From Candidatus Hodarchaeota archaeon (GTDB lineage: Archaea > Asgardarchaeota > Lokiarchaeia > Sigyniarchaeales > SOKP01), in contig JBHLKM010000011.1 in the NCBI GenBank assembly GCA_048886685.1, positions 15,115 to 79,114 of the forward strand: 64,000 bases of DNA, given 5' to 3'. Both the position numbers and the translations under genes were made by a program. This document shows, in pieces, positions 10,291 to 18,978 of this stretch. Below the pieces are notes generated by a model, which ran no database searches, was not told the origin of the DNA, and saw only the letters and a program-made list of their open reading frames with translations. Within the stretch, counting starts at the first letter, position 1, and every line of letters starts with the position of its first letter.

Positions 10291-11253
10291 CTAAATATAT
10301 TTTTTTAAAGATTCTTGAATTTGCTTGAATTTTTCAATTGAGCTTTGAATTTGACCAGATTTAAGAGAATTTAAACCTTGTTCATTTAGAGTCTTAATAG
10401 ATATTTTTAATTCTTCAAATTCAAAGTCAGCTTTGATTTCTTTTAATATAACTGAATATTCTTCTACTTTTCCCTTTTTATCAATTAATTCAGCAAGTTC
10501 AATTACATTCTCACAGTTTTTTATAGCAGATTGAAATTCTTTTCTTTCTCTCTGGACAGAGATTTTTTCTGAAATTTCACTAATTTTATTTTGAGTATTT
10601 TTATATGAATTTTCTGCGACAATTGTCTCTTTTTCAATTTCTTTTAATTTCTCTAAATAGTCCTTAATATCTTTACCTTGAACTTGTTTTATTAAATATG
10701 TTAATCTCAATTTTAGATCTTGAAATTGAAAAGTCGCTATTAATTCCGAACTTTCTTTTATTAACTTTAAAACTTCATCAGTTATTTCCTTTCTTGCCTT
10801 AGCCTTAATATATTCAATCTCAAAATTTCTCCATTTCAAGCTGGACTTTTTATCATTAAGTTCGAAGAGAGTCCTTTTAGCATCATTTATAATTAAGTTT
10901 ATTTTCGAGAAATCTTCAGTTTTGAAGGCTTTGTTATATTCTACCTCAAATTTTGAAAGTTCAGATTTTAGTTGAACAATTAATTGTTCTTGTTTTTCTT
11001 CTTCTCTCTTTTTTAATATACTCTTGATTCTCGCAATTAACTGTTCTTGTTCCCTAATAAATGATTCTAAATTTTCTGTTTCTGCTAACTCTATTATTTG
11101 ATCTGCTAAACCTAAGGCTTCCTTCAGCTGTCCTGTCATATAATATTGACCTTGAACTGCTGATATATCATCAATTTGCGAAATTACTTTTATTTTTCGC
11201 TTCTCTTCTTTTTCCTTAATTGGTTCTACCTCTTCCTCTGTCATCCTAACCAA
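10291..11253 (-). CDS. Helical-repeat protein (about 5 repeats of ~63 aa), paralog of the rod of the upstream gelsolin protein
   Basis: Shares LKW..FE, FQF, VAE.SY and NC..(I/V) blocks in the same order with 11246..12889; the two ORFs overlap. Confidence 0.75.
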   Translation of the reverse strand: MVRMTEEEVEPIKEKEEKRKIKVISQIDDISAVQGQYYMTGQLKEALGLADQIIELAETENLESFIREQEQLIARIKSILKKREEEKQEQLIVQLKSELSKFEVEYNKAFKTEDFSKINLIINDAKRTLFELNDKKSSLKWRNFEIEYIKAKARKEITDEVLKLIKESSELIATFQFQDLKLRLTYLIKQVQGKDIKDYLEKLKEIEKETIVAENSYKNTQNKISEISEKISVQRERKEFQSAIKNCENVIELAELIDKKGKVEEYSVILKEIKADFEFEELKISIKTLNEQGLNSLKSGQIQSSIEKFKQIQESLKKYI

Positions 11254-12889
11254 CTTTCTCTTGAATTTTTTTATTATATCCTTGAATTAGACTTATAATC
11301 TCTTCATATTTGATCAGGCATTCTTTATAAGATTTCGATTCTAAAGCCAGAATCCCCTCTCTACCTAAATTTTCAACATTATGGACAAGATCTTTAGCTG
11401 TATAAAAATTTTTCTCTAACTTATTCCAGTTTTCTTTTATTTTGTCATCAACAAGTTCAGAGAGAAAAAATTTAGATTTTATAATTATTTCTCCTGCTTT
11501 AGCTATGTCCATACACTTGAGTGAGGTATGAATCTCTTTATTCAATTGGTTGAGCTCCTTTTTCAAACTTTTTTGTTTTTCCTCGAAAATTCTTCTATTT
11601 TCAATTACTTCCTCGGTTTGACTTAAAATAAGAGAGTATCTCTCTTCTAAATCTGATTTATTTATTGATTTAATAAGCTTAAGAATACTTTGGCAATTTC
11701 TTAATGTTTCATCTATAAGGTTATTCTTTTGGGTTGATTTTATTTTTTTCTCTAATTCAGCAATTTCTGCTAATTTTTTGTTATAAGATTCTTCAGCTAC
11801 ATTAATTTCTTTTTTAATATCCTCTAATTTCTTCTTATAACCAAGGATCTCTAAATTTTGTACTCTTTTGAGTAATTCATTTAATTTTCTAGTTATAGTA
11901 TTAAACTGAAAATCTTCTTTTAATTTAGCATATTCATTAATAAAATCATCGCAAACGTTAATTAACTCAGCTTTTTGTTTAGTAGTTTGAATTTCGTTTT
12001 CGAATCCCTCCCACTTCAATTTAACGTCATCATTGATAAGATCTAAGAGAAAAACTTTTCCCTTTCCCATTATATTGTTTGCTTTTTCAATTTCAAGATT
12101 TTTCAAGGCAAGAAAAAGGTCAGTCTCTAATTTGTTCAATACTTTAATTAATCGATCTTGTTCATTTTTCCATATCTTCTTTTCTCTTGATAATAATTCT
12201 TCTACTGTTGGTATTTGAGATAAATCGTACGTAGAACTAAATTTTTTTTCAAATTCTTCAACCAATTGATGTGCTTTGAGAAACTGTTTTGATTCAATCA
12301 ATTTCGAAAATTCTTCTTCAACTGAAGATGCATTTTCTAAGAGTTTATCAACTATTTTCTTATCTTCATTTTTTGATTTGATATCTATTATCAATCTTTT
12401 CTGTTCTGTTAAAACAGCATTGTCTTCGATTTTATTCGCTAAAACCATTATCTCTTCTGAAGTTTTAATAGCATTGGGATAATCTTCTGAACCAATATGA
12501 TCTTCTAATTTAGTTCTTAAGCTATCTATTTTTCTTAAGGCAGGCAACATAATTTTTTCCTGATAATCAATGATTTTATACAGTTCTTCTTTAGATATAT
12601 TTAAATTCTTGAAAAATTCAAATGGTTCCTCCCGCATTTCAAATGTAAAATTACGAATAATACGAAAATCAGGAAATTCCTCTTTGACTAAAACCCGAAT
12701 ATTCGAAATGTGGTTTTTTAAAGCTTGAGTCGCGTTGCTTCCTATCCAGATATACATTGTTTTCTTTTGAGATATATAAATTGCTAAGATATTTACAATT
12801 GTAAAAACATCTTTTATATTTTCGTAAGAGACCTCATCGAAAGACCCATCAAAATTGAGCTTAAATATTTTAAACCCTGTTTCAGACAT
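11246..12889 (-). CDS. Gelsolin-like domain fused to about 7 helical repeats
   Basis: Residues 1-97 carry gelsolin-fold signatures (KIFKL, MYIWIGSNAT, EEPFEFFKNL); the rest is helical with ~63-aa periodicity. Confidence 0.75.
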   Translation of the reverse strand: MSETGFKIFKLNFDGSFDEVSYENIKDVFTIVNILAIYISQKKTMYIWIGSNATQALKNHISNIRVLVKEEFPDFRIIRNFTFEMREEPFEFFKNLNISKEELYKIIDYQEKIMLPALRKIDSLRTKLEDHIGSEDYPNAIKTSEEIMVLANKIEDNAVLTEQKRLIIDIKSKNEDKKIVDKLLENASSVEEEFSKLIESKQFLKAHQLVEEFEKKFSSTYDLSQIPTVEELLSREKKIWKNEQDRLIKVLNKLETDLFLALKNLEIEKANNIMGKGKVFLLDLINDDVKLKWEGFENEIQTTKQKAELINVCDDFINEYAKLKEDFQFNTITRKLNELLKRVQNLEILGYKKKLEDIKKEINVAEESYNKKLAEIAELEKKIKSTQKNNLIDETLRNCQSILKLIKSINKSDLEERYSLILSQTEEVIENRRIFEEKQKSLKKELNQLNKEIHTSLKCMDIAKAGEIIIKSKFFLSELVDDKIKENWNKLEKNFYTAKDLVHNVENLGREGILALESKSYKECLIKYEEIISLIQGYNKKIQEKVG

Positions 12890-13052
12890 AAAAAACTCAA
12901 CAAAGTACTTTATAATAAACTAGTCAAAAAATATCCTTTTAAACATTTACAAATATAAAGTTCAAAATCTATGTATTTTTCCCCAACTCTACCTTTTTAT
13001 AAAATAGAAATTTTATGATATTAAAAATAGAAAAGAGGTTTATGAGATAATA

Positions 13053-13574
13053 ATGCCAATAATTCCAATTGAAGTAAATGGAGAACTTAAATCTCCAAAA
13101 ATAGACCCTTCTTGCTGGATTTCAGATTCCGCTTGGATTATAGGAGATGTTACTATGGGTATGGATAATGTTGTATATCAAGGAGTAATTATACGAGGAG
13201 ATTTTGCGAAGGTTGATATTGGTGCAAAAAATATTTTTCAAGATGCTTGTATTATTAATACCGCCCAGGGTTTTAAGACTACTATCGGAGATAATAATTT
13301 GATAGGTTTTGGTGCTATAGTTCATGGCGCAACGCTGGGTAATAACACAGTTGTAGGCATCAAGTCAGTATTAATGATTACAGTAATCGTAGAAAATGAT
13401 GCCATGGTTGGTGCCACCTCTTTTGTTGGCATGGGTAAAAAAGTTCCAGCTGGACAAAAGTGGATTGGTCGTGAATTAAAAGGTGAAAACACCCAAGGAA
13501 GAATGTGGGAAGGAGGAAGACAATCTTGGCGTAAAATGGGTCTTGCAATGAAAACCCAACAATCAAAACCTTAA
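13053..13574 (+). CDS. Gamma-carbonic-anhydrase-like left-handed beta-helix protein
   Basis: Hexapeptide repeats, IIGDV, IRGD and QD motifs; only one His in the protein. Confidence 0.85.
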   Translation: MPIIPIEVNGELKSPKIDPSCWISDSAWIIGDVTMGMDNVVYQGVIIRGDFAKVDIGAKNIFQDACIINTAQGFKTTIGDNNLIGFGAIVHGATLGNNTVVGIKSVLMITVIVENDAMVGATSFVGMGKKVPAGQKWIGRELKGENTQGRMWEGGRQSWRKMGLAMKTQQSKP

Positions 13575-13575
13575 C

Positions 13576-13593
13576 TTTTTTTTTCTCTTTTTT
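13576..13593 (+). terminator. Oligo-T terminator
   Basis: T9-CTC-T6 immediately after the stop codon. Confidence 0.5.
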
Positions 13594-13696
13594 AGGATAA
13601 ATTCCTACTTTTGATCTTTAGGATATTGATATATAGAATTATATAGTCGGATAGCTAATATAAATCTATAAAAATTTGACAATTGGAGGTTATTTT

Positions 13697-13849
13697 ATGA
13701 AAGAATATAAAGTTGTAACTATTAAAGGAGGAATGACTCCAAAAAAATTAGTTGAAAGTGCTCAAGAGAAATTGGATGAAATGGCTGCCCAAGGTTGGGA
13801 ATTTAAATTCCTGGATAACATACTATGGATTTTCGAAAGAGAAAAATGA
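13697..13849 (+). CDS. 50-aa DUF4177-like small protein
   Basis: MKEYKVVTIK...LDEMAAQGWEF...IFEREK; GGAGGT SD at 13685-13690. Not in the ORF track. Confidence 0.8.
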   Translation: MKEYKVVTIKGGMTPKKLVESAQEKLDEMAAQGWEFKFLDNILWIFEREK

Positions 13850-13866
13850 CTTTAGATTCTCTTTTA

Positions 13867-14130
13867 TTATGTAATTAACAGAGCTTTTATGTTATTAATT
13901 AACATTTTTCATAAAATGGTATATAAAACTCCGCCATTTTGATAATATTCAACATCGATCGAACTATCTAAACGAGCTATCACCTTGAATTCTAATTTTT
14001 TTCCATCACTTTTTTTAGCTATAACATATACTTCAGAGAATGGTTCTATATTTTTTACTTCAATAATATCAAATAATTCTGTTCCATCTAAACCAAGAGT
14101 CTCTGCATTTTCACCATCTTTAAATTGAAT
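13867..14130 (-). pseudogene. acnA: C-terminal remnant of an AcnA/IRP-type aconitase
   Basis: IQFKDGENAETLGLDGTELFDI...ARLDSSIDVEYYQNGGVLYTIL*KML; no start codon, in-frame TGA at 13909-13911. Confidence 0.8.
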
Positions 14131-14222
14131 TTTTGTGAGCTTATTAGAAGACTAGTAATAAAAATAGTTTATATTAATATTAAATAGATTTAGATAAAAT
14201 TTCATAAATTGATAAAGATTTC

Positions 14223-15134
14223 TTAAAGAAAATCGCGCATTAATGAGTTTATTGTTTCTGGCTGTTCATTTATAACCCAATGTGAACCCCCAGGAATTCG
14301 TTTAATAGTTAAATCTGGAACAAATTCATTAAGACCTTCAAGGTTATGGACAGTGAGAGCTGTATCTTTTTCTCCCCATATAACCAGCGTAGGCATATTT
14401 ATCATAAGAGGATTAGCTTCTAATTGTTCACTACCTAAATCTGTTATTTCTTCCCCTTTTGAAGGAGGTCGCAATCCACCAGCACGATAATAGTTTAAAC
14501 CACCGGTGATTGCTCCGGGTTGGGACCAAGCATCCCTATAAATTTGACGATCATCATCGTCAAATTCCATTTCAGGAGTTATTACTACATTAAATAAATT
14601 TTGGAAATCGTTTGCCATGAGAAAACTTTCTGCATTAGGTGTTCTGAAAAACAACATGTATTGACTTGAATTCTGTTGGTCTTTATTTTTTGATATCAAC
14701 CTTCCAAAAATAGTAGGATGTGGGGCGTTGATAATAATTAATTTTTCGACTAGCTTTGAATATACACTTGCAATTGGCCACGCAATTGCTCCACCCCAGT
14801 CATGCCCAACCAGTATAAATTTTTTGCGTCCAAAATGATCTTCAACTAATGCTCTTAGATCCTCAACCATATGCTGCATTTGATATTGTTCTATTCCTTC
14901 TGGTTTGGATGAAAGATTATATCCTCTCATATCAAGAGCTACTGCTAAGTAATCTTTCGAAAACTCCAAGAGTTGATCTCTCCACATGTACCAGAATTGA
15001 GGAAAACCGTGTAAAAAAACAATTAGTTTTCCATCCTCGGGACCAGCCTTAACATAATGAAGTTTAATGTTATTAACTTCGGCTATTTCACTTTTAAATT
15101 GGGGGTATTTTCTCCTAATAGTATCTTCTGACAT
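14223..15134 (-). CDS. Alpha/beta hydrolase, epoxide hydrolase-like
   Basis: HGFP oxyanion motif, GHDWGG Asp nucleophile, NYYR, SHWV. Confidence 0.88.
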   Translation of the reverse strand: MSEDTIRRKYPQFKSEIAEVNNIKLHYVKAGPEDGKLIVFLHGFPQFWYMWRDQLLEFSKDYLAVALDMRGYNLSSKPEGIEQYQMQHMVEDLRALVEDHFGRKKFILVGHDWGGAIAWPIASVYSKLVEKLIIINAPHPTIFGRLISKNKDQQNSSQYMLFFRTPNAESFLMANDFQNLFNVVITPEMEFDDDDRQIYRDAWSQPGAITGGLNYYRAGGLRPPSKGEEITDLGSEQLEANPLMINMPTLVIWGEKDTALTVHNLEGLNEFVPDLTIKRIPGGSHWVINEQPETINSLMRDFL

Positions 15135-15331
15135 TATATTTACCTTTAAAACTCTACAAATTTAATTTGTTAAAAGTATAGAATGGGATAATTTTGTTGT
15201 TTATAAAAACTTATAGATTATATCCCTAAGGTTTATTTTTAATAAAATTTGAAAATAATTTTAAAATTTAGACACTGAAATTCTCTAGAATTATTTTAAA
15301 AAAAGATTAGAAATTAGATTATAAATATATA

Positions 15332-16411
15332 TTATTGGACATGAGCAACTGCAGTTTTTAATGCTTCTTCAGCTTCTTTTACTATCCTTTCTATGATATC
15401 AGAAACCTTTTCGATTTTATTTATGATTCCAATACTTTGCCCTATTAAGACACCACCATTCTCCATATCCCCTTGATAGGCTGCAAAAGCTGCTTTTGCA
15501 TCTTTTCTTAATTCTTCTGCAAGTTTTTCCTGTGAAATTGCGGCTCGATGATCTGCTAAGGTTTTTTCCTCTGCTATTTTTTCCTCTTTAGATTTTACTA
15601 ATCCCTTTGATAAGGCAAATTTATTTTTCCAGTATCTAATGGTTCCAAGAGCACCTGTTCTTATAATTGTATCCGAAGCTTTAGCAGGTGGTACAATCGC
15701 TTTGTAATTTTCATGAAATTCACTATCTTTAGATGCAATAAACCTTGATCCCATAGCAATTGCATCTGCACCAAGAGATAAAGCTGCCGCCAACCCAGCT
15801 CCTGTTGCATATCCACCACACGCTATCCTAGGGATATCAGGATACTTTTGCTGAATTTGTTGTTGTAAAACAATACCTCCTACCTTTTCATAAGATTGAT
15901 GACCACCGCCTTCGAATCCAGTAATTACCAGGCCATCTACTCCCGAAGCGACACTCTTGTCAGCTAACCAAAGTGCAGGAGAAACGTGAAAGTGTTTGAT
16001 CTCCGTTGCTTTCCTTAATTTTTGAAATTCTTTATTTTCGGGCATTCTTCTTGATGAGCCTGCACTAGAAAGAGCATATAAACACTGCTCTCTCAGTTTA
16101 GGATTAGCCATAATGTGTTTTGCTGCTCCACTTATTAAGTTATCGCAATCAACTATATTTCTGGAAGTTATAATATTAAATCCAAAAATTCCATCAGTAT
16201 GCTCTACAACATAATCAAGGTTCTTCTTTAAGGCTTCTAAGGTACTTTTCTCATAACCATCCATAGATACCGTTGTATGGGATATCGTACCAAGCCCACC
16301 TGCTTCCGTCACTGCTAAAGCTAATTCTGTAGTTCTAAAAGGCCCCATAGGAGCATTGACGATTGGATGTTTTATTCCAAACATTTCGGTAATTTTTGTT
16401 TTAATTGTCAA
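15332..16411 (-). CDS. Nitronate monooxygenase / FabK-like FMN oxidoreductase
   Basis: HPIVNAPMG, GFEGGGH, ACGG and MGSRF motifs; TTG start. Confidence 0.85.
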   Translation of the reverse strand: MTIKTKITEMFGIKHPIVNAPMGPFRTTELALAVTEAGGLGTISHTTVSMDGYEKSTLEALKKNLDYVVEHTDGIFGFNIITSRNIVDCDNLISGAAKHIMANPKLREQCLYALSSAGSSRRMPENKEFQKLRKATEIKHFHVSPALWLADKSVASGVDGLVITGFEGGGHQSYEKVGGIVLQQQIQQKYPDIPRIACGGYATGAGLAAALSLGADAIAMGSRFIASKDSEFHENYKAIVPPAKASDTIIRTGALGTIRYWKNKFALSKGLVKSKEEKIAEEKTLADHRAAISQEKLAEELRKDAKAAFAAYQGDMENGGVLIGQSIGIINKIEKVSDIIERIVKEAEEALKTAVAHVQ

Positions 16412-16680
16412 ATTTTATCACCTTTTCTTTTAAATTGAATCGATTCTTAAAAAAACTTTCTCTTTTACTGAATCAAGAATGGGAGAGGAATAGGAAGCTG
16501 GATATCATTCAGAGGAAAAATTAAAAGCCTTTTTTTATAGTTTATAATTAGTTTTTAAATTATCGATAGATACCTAACAAACCTAAAGGAATGTACAAAA
16601 AAGTAAGATATTTATAGAATCCTAGGGTATAAATAAACATCCAATGAATTCCAATTAAAAAAATCAAAAGTTGTCTAAAA

Positions 16681-18009
16681 GTGTCAATCACGCATGAAAA
16701 TGGGAATGATTTAAATACATATTATGCAAATAATCCTCCAAGCGACCCTCCTTGTGAAGATTGTGATGATACTATATGGTGGGGATTAACTCCGTATGAT
16801 TGGCGTGAAACATTAAATTATTTTTTTAAGATGTTAGTTTTACCTGGAGCCATTGCCGCAGTAATAATCCTTCTGATGATATTAACAACAGGATCTATAG
16901 ATAATTTAACCCTTTGGACGATAATAATAGTACTAACATATATTGGGAGTATTCTAATCGCCCTTTACGCAAGACACCGCCTTCTAACATGGATTCACAG
17001 GATTCAAGATGAAAATTCTTTAATAATTCCAGATCCACTAAATCAAATTAATAATACAACTTATAAAATCGGTTTTGTTGGAGATATCATGAGAATGAGG
17101 ATTTATGGGCTGCAATTTAGTAATGAGGTGATAAATTTCTTTAGTGGTGTTGACATAATTGTTGGGAATCTCGAGGGTATAATTAGACCAGATGATCCCC
17201 CAATGACAAAGCAATCACATCCAGCTACGATTCTCCAACAATTGAATGGTTTGTTGAGGGGGGGCACCAATTGGTTATTGTGTTTGAGTAATAATCATAG
17301 TATAGATTTTGGGAACCGAGAATTCCATAGATCTTTAAATGATATCCAACAGGAACCTAGAATTGATGTATTTGGTCGTTACGATGTTTCTCATGTTTAC
17401 GTCCGGGGACAAAATATCAATATATCTTGTGCTACAGAATGGAGTAATCAAAGAAGATGGGATTGTATTTCAAGATTTCCAGACAGTATGAATTCATCTC
17501 ATATTGATACTAGGCTTAATATCCTATATCCTCACTGGAACTATGAAAACGAAAGATATGTACGGAGATGGCTACAAAATCGCGCTAATGATCTTTTAAC
17601 GAGTAATGTAGGTAAAAGATGGGATTTAATATTCGGTCATCATCCTCATGTTCGGCAACCCGTAATATATGTTCACGATACGAACGATAATGTAAATAAG
17701 TTAGTAGCATTTTCAGGAGGAAATTTCACTTCAGGAGTAAGATTTTTTCGCTTAAAAAAACATATTCATGGTATAATTATGAGATGTGATATTGGCCCCT
17801 TGACTCAGAATCCTGCTAGATTAGGTATCGGGAAAGTTGAAATTCAGAATACATATAATAAGAAAGGGAGAGATCCTATTACTGGTGATCGAATAAAAAC
17901 AGTAGTATTTGGGGAGGGTATCCAAGGAATTTCTAGATTCTGGATATTAATTATCGGTATAGTTATAATTACTACAGTAGTACTCCTTAGAGTTTTTGGG
18001 ATTTTTTAG
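16681..18009 (+). CDS. Membrane-bound CapA-family metallophosphoesterase
   Basis: VGDIM, GNLEG, SNNHSIDFG, HW and GHHPHV motifs; two N-terminal and one C-terminal TM segments. Confidence 0.8.
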   Translation: MSITHENGNDLNTYYANNPPSDPPCEDCDDTIWWGLTPYDWRETLNYFFKMLVLPGAIAAVIILLMILTTGSIDNLTLWTIIIVLTYIGSILIALYARHRLLTWIHRIQDENSLIIPDPLNQINNTTYKIGFVGDIMRMRIYGLQFSNEVINFFSGVDIIVGNLEGIIRPDDPPMTKQSHPATILQQLNGLLRGGTNWLLCLSNNHSIDFGNREFHRSLNDIQQEPRIDVFGRYDVSHVYVRGQNINISCATEWSNQRRWDCISRFPDSMNSSHIDTRLNILYPHWNYENERYVRRWLQNRANDLLTSNVGKRWDLIFGHHPHVRQPVIYVHDTNDNVNKLVAFSGGNFTSGVRFFRLKKHIHGIIMRCDIGPLTQNPARLGIGKVEIQNTYNKKGRDPITGDRIKTVVFGEGIQGISRFWILIIGIVIITTVVLLRVFGIF

Positions 18010-18156
18010 TAATTTTATACATTAAGTTTATAAGATTCCTCTATACTTTTTTTTCGATATTTAAACGTATTTCTAAAAGATTATCAACCAATTTTTTATA
18101 AATAATCCTTAATTTTTATAAGGAAGCAATAACTCATCATTTTCGTTTTAAACCAT

Positions 18157-18978
18157 ATGTCAGTTTTAGGAATTGATAGGGAAAAATGTTCAAATTGTAA
18201 GCAATGTATACTCGAGTGCGGTCGAGGTTATTTTTCTGTTAATAAAGATAAAGAGGTAATTTTCAATGAAAGCTTAAATACATGTAATATCTGTGGACAT
18301 TGTATAGCAATTTGTCCAGAAGAAGCGATTATTACAAAAGATCTCGATGATATAGAGACTTTTCCAGGTATAGACTCTCCAAAAAATATTGTAAACTACG
18401 ACAGTATCTATAAATTTATTCGCGCTAAACGTTCAACAAGACGTTATAAAAATAAGAAAGTTCCTAAGGAGTTAATTGAAAAAGTCTTTGAAGCAATGAG
18501 ATACGCTCCAAGCGCTACTAACGCCCGAGCATGGCGATATGTAATTATATCTGATCCTGAAAAAATCGAAGCGTTGAGCGATGAGATTATAAAGACAAAT
18601 TATGCTTATCTGGGATTTCGATCGGGGGAACAAGCACTCAAATATTTCAAGTCTATAGGTAGAGGTATTTTTTACAATGCACCTCATGTAATTGTATTAT
18701 ATTATAGGGTTGTTGAAAAAAACAGAGTAATGGTTGGATTACGAGCAAATGATGCAGGGATCGCTTTAACTTATGGAATGCTCGCTGCAGAAAGTCTTGG
18801 TCTAGGAACATGTTGGATTGGACAGATTCAAGGAGCCATCCCTATGAATAAAGAGATTTTAAATATTTTGGGTATAAAAGGTATGGTGCTAGGTGCTTTT
18901 ATTCTGGGTTATCCTGCAGTTAAATACCGTAGAACAGCCCCAAGACCACCACTAAAAATAAAGGGACTTGAAGATTAA
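18157..18978 (+). CDS. Ferredoxin-nitroreductase fusion
   Basis: Two CxxCxxCxxxC motifs, then KRSTRRY, APSATN and LGLGTCWIG. Confidence 0.9.
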   Translation: MSVLGIDREKCSNCKQCILECGRGYFSVNKDKEVIFNESLNTCNICGHCIAICPEEAIITKDLDDIETFPGIDSPKNIVNYDSIYKFIRAKRSTRRYKNKKVPKELIEKVFEAMRYAPSATNARAWRYVIISDPEKIEALSDEIIKTNYAYLGFRSGEQALKYFKSIGRGIFYNAPHVIVLYYRVVEKNRVMVGLRANDAGIALTYGMLAAESLGLGTCWIGQIQGAIPMNKEILNILGIKGMVLGAFILGYPAVKYRRTAPRPPLKIKGLED

